From: Ignavibacteriota bacterium
GTDB lineage: Bacteria > Bacteroidota > Ignavibacteria > UBA10030 > UBA6906
Assembly (NCBI GenBank): GCA_963801355.1
Contig: CAWDEM010000008.1
Coordinates: 2,912,001 to 2,976,000 of the forward strand
Length of the DNA: 64,000 bases
Reading direction: 5' to 3'
The notes beneath the pieces were generated by a model that did no database searches, had not been told where the DNA came from, and saw only the letters and a list, made by a program, of their open reading frames with translations. Every line of letters starts with the position of its first letter. The first letter of the stretch is position 1. The translations under genes and the position numbers were made by a program. Positions 29,197-37,413 of the stretch are shown here, in pieces.

Positions 29197-31030
29197 GATT
29201 AGTAAACACCCGGTATCCCTTCCCTCCCAGCGTTAAGGAGACTTTACCTCCCGCCGCGGGAACGGTCCAATCTAACCCGGCAAAAATCTCGCGGTATTTC
29301 AGTTTTGATCCGGAGGGGAACCCACCGGCCGCAGGCATGTGCAGCTTCACCCGTACGGGGGCGTCGCCGACGTTCACTGCAACAAACACACGTCGCTTTC
29401 CGTCAACACGCAGAAACGCAAACACTGATTTCTCCTGATCGCCCCTGACACGAATGAACTCGCCGCGAGGGAGGGCACTGTTGGTGCGCCGGAGATCGAA
29501 GAGTCTTTTGTACATGTCGCCGAGTTCGCGCGGACGCATCCAATCCACATCCACCTTTTCAAACAGACTCAGTTTCCTGTCATTCGCCACTTCTTCACCC
29601 GTATAGATCATCGGGACGCCCGGGAGCGTGTTCACCAGCACGGTCGCAAGCTTAAGACCGGCTTTCCCGAACTTCTCCACCGCCGGTGCATCCCATGCGT
29701 TCTTGTCATGGTTTGTGGTAAACCGCATGCGCAGCGCGCCGCCGGGGAACTGCATTCCTTCGGTCGTCAGTATTTGATCCAGCAGGCTGACGGGGCGCCG
29801 GCCCGAAAGGAGCGGGAGAAACGCATCGTAGACGTTCCAGGAGTAGGTGAGATCGAACGCCTTGACATGGTGTTCCGGCAGGGCTCCCTCGGAGAGCATC
29901 ATGATCGATTTGACGCTGTCCAGTTTGGCGCGGGCGGTCTCCCAGAAGTCCGTCGGCACCATCTCCGCCACATCGCACCGGAATCCGTCGATGCCGATGT
30001 CGCGCACCCAGTACAACATCATGTCGATCATATAGCGGCGGAGCCCCGCGTTGCTGTAATCGAGGTCCGCAACATCGCGCCAGTCGGCATTGGGAGCGAT
30101 GATTTCGCCTTTGACGTTTTTCGTGAACCACCCGGGGTGCTCGCCGAGAAGCTTGCTGTCCCATGACGTGTGGTTGGCCACGAGATCGATGATGAGCTTC
30201 ATGCCCTGCGCATGCACCGTGGCAAGAAGCCTGGTAAAATCGTCGAGTGTGCCGAATTCGGGATTGATCCCGTAGTAGTCCTGCACTGCATACGGGCTCC
30301 CCAGAGTTCCCTTACGGTTCTTCAGTCCCACGGGATGGATCGGCATGAGCCAGAGCGTCGTAACGCCCAGCTGCTTGAGTTCCGGGATCCGCTTTTCGAG
30401 ACCCGCGAATGTCCCTTCGGGCGAAAAAGAGCGCAGGTAGACCGAGTAGATAGCCCCGTCGCGTACCCAGTCGGCGCTCTTCCGGGGTTTCAGGTCCGCG
30501 TAGGGACTCCTGAGAAGGACGCCGATGCTCTTGCTGTCGATAAGGGTGATCGGCCTGTAGATGCCACCCCCGCCGTCGTTGTCCTTGACCAGCACGACGA
30601 TGGTGTTGTTCCCCTTCCGGACCGCGGACGCGATGTCGAGAGCAAACGGATCGCTGTACCCCGTGTGTTCACCGACGTTCTTGCCGTTCACCCAGACTTC
30701 CGCCTCGTCGTCCACCCCGGCGAAGTGGATGCTCAACGGGATATCCGTGCGACTAACCGTGAAGGTCCTGGCGAACCATCCCCAGCCGTCGTACGCCGCC
30801 ATGCCCGGGTAGCCTTCCCAGAAATTCGGCGTCACCACCTGCTGCCATGAAGCCCGATCCCGGCCTGCCGCGTACCACTCCTGCCGCACCCCCACTTTCA
30901 TCGAATCGACCATGAACCGCCATTCACCGTCAAGCGACATGCGAAGTGCGGGTTTCTGAGCAGGCGCCGTGGTCATCATCATCAGCCCTCCCACGAGGAC
31001 AATAATCGGTTTCATCGTTTTCATTGTCAT
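29189..31030 (-). CDS. GH13 alpha-amylase family protein with N-terminal GH2-type sugar-binding domain
   Basis: SLDGEWRF, YDGWGWF, HFAGVD (GH2_N-like); DLVANH, GFRCDVA, LSEG, NHD (GH13 regions I-IV); signal peptide. Start could be 31030, 31024 or 31015. Confidence 0.9.
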   Translation of the reverse strand: MTMKTMKPIIVLVGGLMMMTTAPAQKPALRMSLDGEWRFMVDSMKVGVRQEWYAAGRDRASWQQVVTPNFWEGYPGMAAYDGWGWFARTFTVSRTDIPLSIHFAGVDDEAEVWVNGKNVGEHTGYSDPFALDIASAVRKGNNTIVVLVKDNDGGGGIYRPITLIDSKSIGVLLRSPYADLKPRKSADWVRDGAIYSVYLRSFSPEGTFAGLEKRIPELKQLGVTTLWLMPIHPVGLKNRKGTLGSPYAVQDYYGINPEFGTLDDFTRLLATVHAQGMKLIIDLVANHTSWDSKLLGEHPGWFTKNVKGEIIAPNADWRDVADLDYSNAGLRRYMIDMMLYWVRDIGIDGFRCDVAEMVPTDFWETARAKLDSVKSIMMLSEGALPEHHVKAFDLTYSWNVYDAFLPLLSGRRPVSLLDQILTTEGMQFPGGALRMRFTTNHDKNAWDAPAVEKFGKAGLKLATVLVNTLPGVPMIYTGEEVANDRKLSLFEKVDVDWMRPRELGDMYKRLFDLRRTNSALPRGEFIRVRGDQEKSVFAFLRVDGKRRVFVAVNVGDAPVRVKLHMPAAGGFPSGSKLKYREIFAGLDWTVPAAGGKVSLTLGGKGYRVFTNQL

Positions 31031-31204
31031 CTTCAATCCCCGATCTTCACTCTTTGACCTTCAATCTTCGATCTCTAATCCTCAATCTTCGATCTTCGAT
31101 CCTCAAACTTCGATCCTCAAACTTCGATCCTCAATCTTCAATCTTCGCTCTTCAGTCTTCGGCCTTCAATCGTCGATCTTCAATCCTCAATCGTGGATCT
31201 TCAA
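31030..31204. repeat. Degenerate heptamer tandem array, 25 units (TCYTCRA)
   Basis: 25 contiguous 7-mers (TCTTCAA, TCTTCGA, TCCTCAA, ACTTCGA and others) with substitutions but no indels. Confidence 0.95.
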
Positions 31205-31216
31205 TTGATCTTCTTC

Positions 31217-32380
31217 TCATTCTCCCGGCCCGAACACAAACACCAATGCCAGTATCAGCAGCGTGGCCAGCTGCACACCCCGCCGCCATCGCTCACCTTT
31301 CTGCTTGATCCGCTCCCACAACCACGCCAGTCCATACATGAGAAGCAGGAGAACTGCAGTGGTAAGAAACACCTCTCCATATCCGAACTTATTGTCTGCC
31401 CAGATGCGGAACGAGAAGCCGGAGAAGATTCCGAAGATCAACAGGAGGTGCACCGCATAAACGAGGAGCGACTCCCGCCCAATGAGCGTTACGGGTGATG
31501 TGGCAGCCACCCCCTTGCGCATCTCATACCAATACATCAGTGCACAAAGGAGCAGCACGATGCCTATCCTCAATAACACGAAACTCGGGCTGAAGCGCCA
31601 GTAGTCATAGACCGGATAGACCCACCCGAGGGTCATGAGCGGGAACGCAATCAGGATCAATCCTCCCCCGATCTGCAGAAACCGGCGGACGGCCAGCGCG
31701 CTAAAACGATCCGCACCGGCCTCCCCCGCCGCGGCCTTTCCGCTGGAGAACAGATAGCCCGCAACAGCACCCGCAAAAAGAAACGCCGCCCACGGGAAGA
31801 GCGGAAAATTCGAAAAATGCAGGCCGTTCATGTACGCAGCGACCGGAGCGGGCAACACCGTCAGGAAATCGTATCCCCACATGACAGGAGTGACAAAGAT
31901 GATACCCGCAGTCATCGCCGCGGCCGCGGCATAGAGTCTTCTCTCATTCCTGAGAATCAGGAGAAGTACCTGGAGCAGAAGCAGGCTCACGGCAATGCAT
32001 TGCAGCACATCGGACTGAAAGAACACCAGCCACTCCACGGGCTGGACCCGGTGCATCATGCTGGGGAGATGGAAGTGGGGCAGATGGAGGAGATAGCCGA
32101 CAAGCAGCACCAAGAGGAGCCGGCCGAACTGCTGGTAGAGCGGAGCACCAAACGACAGGTACGCCCCGAGTTTGCGCCGTGTCGTCACCGCGTAAGCCAT
32201 GCCGGAGGCAAACAGGAATGATGGGGCTACGAGTCCGTTGATAAAATTGATCAGTGCAAACAGCGAAGTGTCGCGCAGCCCGGGCAGGATAGTCGCATTA
32301 ATGACATGCGTTTCAATCATCACGATCACTGCCCACCCGCGGAGGAGATCGATGAACGCCAGGCGTTTGGAGGGAGGCAT
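31217..32380 (-). CDS. DUF1624 / HGSNAT-like membrane acyltransferase
   Basis: RLAFIDLLRGWAVIVMIETH, APSFLFASG, DVLQCI, FPLFPW; multi-TM. Confidence 0.82.
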   Translation of the reverse strand: MPPSKRLAFIDLLRGWAVIVMIETHVINATILPGLRDTSLFALINFINGLVAPSFLFASGMAYAVTTRRKLGAYLSFGAPLYQQFGRLLLVLLVGYLLHLPHFHLPSMMHRVQPVEWLVFFQSDVLQCIAVSLLLLQVLLLILRNERRLYAAAAAMTAGIIFVTPVMWGYDFLTVLPAPVAAYMNGLHFSNFPLFPWAAFLFAGAVAGYLFSSGKAAAGEAGADRFSALAVRRFLQIGGGLILIAFPLMTLGWVYPVYDYWRFSPSFVLLRIGIVLLLCALMYWYEMRKGVAATSPVTLIGRESLLVYAVHLLLIFGIFSGFSFRIWADNKFGYGEVFLTTAVLLLLMYGLAWLWERIKQKGERWRRGVQLATLLILALVFVFGPGE

Positions 32381-32504
32381 GCGAGTGCCCCTTCAACCTA
32401 TTGATTCACCATGACAAGGGGAACAGTGCTCGTTCCAACCACCGGAATTGTGATGCTCTGTACATTCATTTTGTTGGAACGGCACAAGTCACCTACGGGT
32501 CACC

Positions 32505-32558
32505 AATGAATAGAGAATCGGGAATTGAGAATTGGGGATGCGGCTCCACAATTCTTAA
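32505..32558. repeat. Five NNNGRAT heptamers with a 14-bp hairpin after the DUF1624 stop
   Basis: AATGAAT AGAGAAT CGGGAAT TGAGAAT TGGGGAT; TTGAGAATTGGGGA pairs with TCCACAATTCTTAA. Confidence 0.7.
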
Positions 32559-32561
32559 CGC

Positions 32562-33704
32562 TTAGAACGGCTTGGTGAGGAAGAAATACAGCATCGAACT
32601 TGTGAAACCGGCCTCGAAGATGCGCAGCTTCCAGTAGTGGCCCTCCCGCAATGCATGCCATGAACGGACCGTGGTCACCATGAGCAGCAGAACGCCGACT
32701 GCCGCAGCGAGAGTCTGTGGCGGCGTGAGCTGTTGCCCGATGATCTGCATCAGACCATCGTTGGCCACCGAGCCGTAAACCAGCACGAGGTGGACGGCAT
32801 AGACCAGCAACGAATTCTGTCCGAGGATGACCAGGTTCGACGCAAGCCATTCCGGCACACGCCGGAGAATGAAGAACGCCGTCGTGATCACTCCGATGAT
32901 GCCGATGCGGATCAGGAAGAAGGATGGACTGACCTTCCAGAAATCGTGCGGCGGGTAGAGAGTCACCGGCACGAGATCGAAGGCCAGACCCGTCAATCCC
33001 AGGGCTACCCCCGTGCCGGCGAGGACCTTCAGGAACGACGCTTCGGCACCGCGGGCGCGGGCACGAAGGTACAACATGCCCGTCACCACCCCTGCACAGA
33101 GATATCCCGCATACGGAAAGAGCGGGAAGATGGACGGCACGTTCTGGTTGAAGTATGGCGCGAGCACGGGAGAAAAGACGCTGCTGAAATCCACCTGCCA
33201 GACGATTGGACCGAGGATCACAATGCCGGCGGCGATTGCCCCAACCACGCGCATGAACCGCTCCGGCGTTCTTGCGAGCGCGATCAAACCATGGAGCATC
33301 ACCATGGTCACCACGAGGCAGTGGAGGATATCCACCTGGAACATCATGGCATACTGTTCAGGACGGGTGTCGTGGAGGATCTTGTTGAGCGAAAAGAACG
33401 GGAAGTGCAGGGCGTAGCCAAGAGCTAGAAGCCAGAACAAACGGGTGATCCGTTTCCGCGCCTGGACACCGAATGCGGCGTAGTCGTTCCAGCGGCGCAT
33501 CGCCACCACGGCGAACGCAAAACCCGAGATGAACAGGAACAGAGGTGCTGTGAAACCCCGTGCGGCATCATACACCCGGAACGCATCGGTGCCGCGGACT
33601 TGCTGGCTCAGGACCGCATCGATGCTGTGCCCCAACACCATCACGACGACGGCGAAGCCGCGCATGAAATCAAGGGATTGTATGCGACGCGTAGTAGGAT
33701 GCAC
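32562..33704 (-). CDS. DUF1624 / HGSNAT-like membrane acyltransferase (paralog)
   Basis: RIQSLDFMRGFAVVVMVLGH, APLFLFISG, DILHC, FPLFPY. Confidence 0.82.
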   Translation of the reverse strand: MHPTTRRIQSLDFMRGFAVVVMVLGHSIDAVLSQQVRGTDAFRVYDAARGFTAPLFLFISGFAFAVVAMRRWNDYAAFGVQARKRITRLFWLLALGYALHFPFFSLNKILHDTRPEQYAMMFQVDILHCLVVTMVMLHGLIALARTPERFMRVVGAIAAGIVILGPIVWQVDFSSVFSPVLAPYFNQNVPSIFPLFPYAGYLCAGVVTGMLYLRARARGAEASFLKVLAGTGVALGLTGLAFDLVPVTLYPPHDFWKVSPSFFLIRIGIIGVITTAFFILRRVPEWLASNLVILGQNSLLVYAVHLVLVYGSVANDGLMQIIGQQLTPPQTLAAAVGVLLLMVTTVRSWHALREGHYWKLRIFEAGFTSSMLYFFLTKPF

Positions 33705-33774
33705 GGGTGTAATGGTGGCTGCGGGGATCTACTGTACGGGGTGTACCAATCGTGAATGCAACACGGAGAGGAGG

Positions 33775-34155
33775 TTACTTCTCACCGATTTTCTCCTTGA
33801 TGACACGCTCCAATTCGTCTATATCCACAGGCTTGGTGACATAAGCCGCACCGCCGATCTCCCTGCCGAACTTCTTGGCGTAGTAGTCATCCACGGAAGT
33901 CAGGAACACAAACGGCAGTTTTGCGAATTCCTTGGCCTTTTTGACCTGCTCGAACAACTCAAAGCCGTTCGTTCCGGGCATGACGAGATCCGAGACAACA
34001 ATGCTGGGTTTCAGGCGCCGGATGGCTTTGATCGCATCATCCGCACCGCCTGCGGTCTTCACCGAGAAGCCGCGGTCGGCAAGCCCGGCTTTCGTCGTGC
34101 TCAGCACGGCCGGCTCATCGTCCACCAGAAGTACAAGTTTGTCTTTCAGCATCAT
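33775..34155 (-). CDS. Single-domain response regulator (CheY-like)
   Basis: LLVDDE, SDLVMPGTNG, FLTS, YVTKP. Confidence 0.9.
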   Translation of the reverse strand: MMLKDKLVLLVDDEPAVLSTTKAGLADRGFSVKTAGGADDAIKAIRRLKPSIVVSDLVMPGTNGFELFEQVKKAKEFAKLPFVFLTSVDDYYAKKFGREIGGAAYVTKPVDIDELERVIKEKIGEK

Positions 34156-34199
34156 AGCCTCGGTACCGGAACCTTCTATTTTACAAATATGGCCATTTC

Positions 34200-35516
34200 T
34201 TATTTCAATTGCAACGCACGGGCGGCCATTGTTGCCGCGCGTTGACCGCTCACAATCGCTCCCTCAATCGTTGCGGGGAGCCCCGTGTCTGTCCAGTCAC
34301 CCGCAAGAAATAGATTGAAAATGCCGGTTTCCGCTCCAGGACGGCGATTTTCATTTCCCGGCGTGGGGGCAAATGTGGCCTTGCGCTCACGGATGACCAG
34401 GACATGCGATGGCTCCTGCACGGCCCCGCCGAACACGCTGCGGAGGTCCTCCAGCGCTATCCCGGCAAGTTCATCATTCGTCAGCCCGGCAAACCTGTAT
34501 GCGGCGCTGATGACCAGCGAGAGGTGTCGCTCCCGGCGAAACACCCATTGAATGCGCTTGCCGATCAGTCCTACGGCCTCACGGTCCATGAACCCATGAT
34601 CCATCCAGAGATGGATGCCGATGATCGGCGACGCTGCGGCTTCACTCATCGTGGAGAACCCGGATGCGACGGATTCGGGAAGGAGCTGCGGGAGCTGCAT
34701 CGCCGGAACGGCAAGGATGACCGCGGAGCATCGCACCCTTTCCCCGTCTCTCAAAACGACTTCTGTTGCGCTGCCGTTCTGCACGATGACCTGTGCGACG
34801 CCGGCATTGCAGCGCACTTCCCCTCCATGCCCCCCGATATATGCTGCCGCCGGTCCGGCAAAGAGACGGCTCAGCCCGGCGCGCGGAAAGACCAGCGCCG
34901 CGTCGCGTCGATGCCGCAGGAACGCTTGCCGGAGAGCGTCCAGAAAAAGACGGGCGGGGGCGCGGTCGATACTTTCATTCATGATGGCAACAGCCAGCGG
35001 TTCCCAGAAACAGCGGCGCACCTCTCCGGATTGACGGTGGGAATCCAACCATTGTGCAATCGTCATTCCCGCCGCCTGTACCGAATGCTCCTCCAGGAGC
35101 GCCCCCCCGCCGCGCAGCAATGCAAACCGGTCCCGGAGCGACAGCATCGGCGTACTGAGGATGGCCCACGCAAAATGCAACGGGGAAGGGAGAGGAGGCA
35201 ACCGGAAGTCGACGAATCCGCGCACGGGGTGATGGAACGACAGGACGGGCTGTTTCTGCACATCAATAAGGTGCTGCGAACCAATGCGGGAGAGCAGTGC
35301 CAGAGTGTGGGTGTAGCCGGCAATCAGAAGGTGTTGCCCGTTGTCGACTTCGTCGTTCGTGGGAGGATGCTGGAAGGAGCGTGCCCGCCCGCCGGGGGCA
35401 GGCGCTTGTTCCAGGAGGAGCACGGGGACCCCCGAACCGGAAAGCTCAACGCCGGCCGCGAGCCCGCTGAGCCCGCCGCCGACAATTATGACCGGATGGC
35501 GTGTGCGCGCTGCCAC
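34200..35516 (-). CDS. hpnE: Hydroxysqualene dehydroxylase (FAD-dependent)
   Basis: GGGLSG, GGRARSF, DNGQH, ERKATF, AGDWTDTGLPATIEGA; follows hpnCD. GTG 35516 start inferred. Confidence 0.88.
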   Translation of the reverse strand: MAARTRHPVIIVGGGLSGLAAGVELSGSGVPVLLLEQAPAPGGRARSFQHPPTNDEVDNGQHLLIAGYTHTLALLSRIGSQHLIDVQKQPVLSFHHPVRGFVDFRLPPLPSPLHFAWAILSTPMLSLRDRFALLRGGGALLEEHSVQAAGMTIAQWLDSHRQSGEVRRCFWEPLAVAIMNESIDRAPARLFLDALRQAFLRHRRDAALVFPRAGLSRLFAGPAAAYIGGHGGEVRCNAGVAQVIVQNGSATEVVLRDGERVRCSAVILAVPAMQLPQLLPESVASGFSTMSEAAASPIIGIHLWMDHGFMDREAVGLIGKRIQWVFRRERHLSLVISAAYRFAGLTNDELAGIALEDLRSVFGGAVQEPSHVLVIRERKATFAPTPGNENRRPGAETGIFNLFLAGDWTDTGLPATIEGAIVSGQRAATMAARALQLK

Positions 35517-36376
35517 GGGGACCCGCGTATCAGCCGGGAGTACTTCAGCTTGTGGCTCAACCAGTAACGGAAGGTGATCAGCACCTTGAGCAGCTTTGAG
35601 ATGGAAATGCGCCGCTCGAACACATTGTAGTTGGAGTCGCTGATCCGGTTCAACGTGTGGGCATAGATGGACCACATGATACGCGCCGCAAAGAAGAATC
35701 CCTTGTCCTCATCCTTCAGCGCGGCCCGGGAAATGTCGAAATACTGGCGCGCCCGTTCACACTCAAACCGCATCAGCTCTACGAACGCCGGCGTATAGCG
35801 CAGTTGAAGGATATCCTCCTCACTCACGCCGAATCGGTTCAGATCTTCCAGCGGGAGATAGATACGGCCGCGGCGTGCATCGTCCGCTACGTCGCGGAGT
35901 ATGTTGGTGAGCTGCAGCGCAATCCCCAGGTTGATGGCATAGTCCCGCGTGGACTCATTCCGGTACCCGAATATCTTCCGGCACATCAGGCCCACGGAGG
36001 ACGCAACGAGATAGCAGTACTCACGCAGTTCGTCAAACGTGCGGTAGCGCGTTTTCACGAGATCGATTTCCATGCCGTGTATCAGCTCGTAAAAATGCTC
36101 TACCGGGATATTGAACAGGCTGGCAGTGGCACTCAACTGGTTGAGGAGCGGAAACGTCGAGGTACCGCGCAGTGCGCGCCCCAGTTCCATCCTCCATCTC
36201 CTGAGGAGTACTCCCTTGTTCTGTTCGGGGCGCTCCTCATCCACGATATCGTCGGTGTAGCGGCAGAACGCGTAAACGGTATGAATCGCCTCTCTCTTCT
36301 GCTTTGGCAGAAGGGAAAATGAGTAGTAGAAGCTGGTGTTGCTGCTTCGCGTTATGGCTGTTGCCGATACACTCAT
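35486..36376 (-). CDS. hpnD: Presqualene diphosphate synthase
   Basis: SSNTSFYYSF, YAFCRYTDDIVDE, LQLTNILRDV, GRIYLP. Confidence 0.88.
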   Translation of the reverse strand: MSVSATAITRSSNTSFYYSFSLLPKQKREAIHTVYAFCRYTDDIVDEERPEQNKGVLLRRWRMELGRALRGTSTFPLLNQLSATASLFNIPVEHFYELIHGMEIDLVKTRYRTFDELREYCYLVASSVGLMCRKIFGYRNESTRDYAINLGIALQLTNILRDVADDARRGRIYLPLEDLNRFGVSEEDILQLRYTPAFVELMRFECERARQYFDISRAALKDEDKGFFFAARIMWSIYAHTLNRISDSNYNVFERRISISKLLKVLITFRYWLSHKLKYSRLIRGSPWQRAHAIRS

Positions 36377-37242
36377 TGCATCCGTCCAAAGACCGCGTTG
36401 AAAACGACTGCCGCCTTGTCGACGATCCTCAAGGTCGGGCGATGATGCAGGACGTCGTATCCCCCGGCTTCAATCCGCCTCAGAATCGCCAATCCACCGC
36501 CCATGGTCAGCGCCAGCTCGCGCCGCAACCGCCCCCCGACTCTCCCCGGTAACGATTTCCCGGCACAGAGGAACTCCCGCGTCCTTCTCACCTGAAATTC
36601 CATCAGAGCGCGAAAGCGGTCATCCATGACTCTTGCCGTGAGATCTTCTTCAGTATACCCAAATTGCCTGAGATCCTCAAGGGGGACGTAGAGGCGTCCC
36701 TTCAACCAGTCAACATGAAGATCCTGCCAGAAATTCGCCAGCTGCAGGCCTGTGCAAATACTATCGGAAAGCGCAACATTTTCGGTCGTCGCCTCCCCGA
36801 AGAGATGCAATACAAGCACTCCAATCGGATTCGCCGAATGCCGGCAATAGTGGAGGAGATCATTGAACGTCACATACCGGCTGGTGGTGACATCCATCCG
36901 GAAAGCCTTCAGAAGGTCTGCGAGCGGTGCCTTGGGAAGGCCTGTGCGTGCCGCGGTTTCGGCAAGAGCAATGAACACCTGGGTATCGGCCTCACCACGG
37001 TACGAGGCGTCAAGCCGGCTTTCCCAATCGTCGAGCCGGCGCAGGCGCTCTTCTGAGGAGATGTTCCCCTCGTCGGCAAAGTCGTCCGCGGTCCGCGCAA
37101 AGGCGTAGATCGCCGCGACATACGGGCGCTGCTGTCCCGGCAACAGGAGTGATGCCACGGGGAAGTTCTCGTAGTGGGCCCGCGCCATCTGTTCGCAATA
37201 CGCAAACGCCGCCCGAATGGTGTCCTGTGTCTGTTTGGCCAT
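36373..37242 (-). CDS. hpnC: Hydroxysqualene synthase
   Basis: HYENFPVAS, YAFARTADDFADEG, SANPIG, LQLANFWQD. Confidence 0.92.
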   Translation of the reverse strand: MAKQTQDTIRAAFAYCEQMARAHYENFPVASLLLPGQQRPYVAAIYAFARTADDFADEGNISSEERLRRLDDWESRLDASYRGEADTQVFIALAETAARTGLPKAPLADLLKAFRMDVTTSRYVTFNDLLHYCRHSANPIGVLVLHLFGEATTENVALSDSICTGLQLANFWQDLHVDWLKGRLYVPLEDLRQFGYTEEDLTARVMDDRFRALMEFQVRRTREFLCAGKSLPGRVGGRLRRELALTMGGGLAILRRIEAGGYDVLHHRPTLRIVDKAAVVFNAVFGRMQ

Positions 37243-37247
37243 TTCTG

Positions 37248-37276
37248 AAGGTAACCAACCCCCCTTTCAGTCTCAA
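37248..37276 (-). promoter_or_regulatory. Sigma-70 promoter for hpnCDE (probably leaderless)
   Basis: TTGAGA-17-TACCTT, 5 nt before ATG 37242; no SD. Confidence 0.55.
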
Positions 37277-37283
37277 CCTCACC

Positions 37284-37312
37284 TTGCTCTTTTTCACTTT
37301 TTGCCGTATATT
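37284..37312 (+). promoter_or_regulatory. Sigma-70 promoter for tRNA-tilS-hpt-ftsH
   Basis: TTGCTC-17-TATATT. Confidence 0.65.
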
Positions 37313-37328
37313 TTTAGATGCCATTCGT

Positions 37329-37402
37329 GGCGGGATAGCTCAGTCGGTCAGAGCAGTGGAATCATAATCCACGTGTCGGGGGTTCGAATCCCTCTCCCGC
37401 TA
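37329..37402 (+). tRNA. tRNA with CAT anticodon, most likely elongator tRNA-Met (CCA not encoded)
   Basis: GGCGGGA/TCCCGCT acceptor stem, GCTC/GAGC D stem, GTGGA-AT CAT AA-TCCAC, GGGGG-TTCGAAT-CCCTC, discriminator A. Confidence 0.95.
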
Positions 37403-37413
37403 CTTTTCTTTTT

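Noticed and set aside
30969-31308. Plus-strand ORFs with SSIFNLR-type heptads; array as possible CRISPR
   Set aside because: The ORFs are by-products of a stop-free 7-mer repeat. There are no unique spacers and no cas genes.
35486-37242. Phytoene synthase crtB / carotenoid cluster
   Set aside because: The HYENF-type plus SFYY-type synthase pair followed by a DNGQH/PATIEGA flavoprotein is the HpnCDE signature.
37329-37402. Initiator tRNA-fMet or an integration (att) site
   Set aside because: Lacks the C1:A72 mismatch and the GGG/CCC anticodon stem; no duplicated 3' end or integrase seen in the window.
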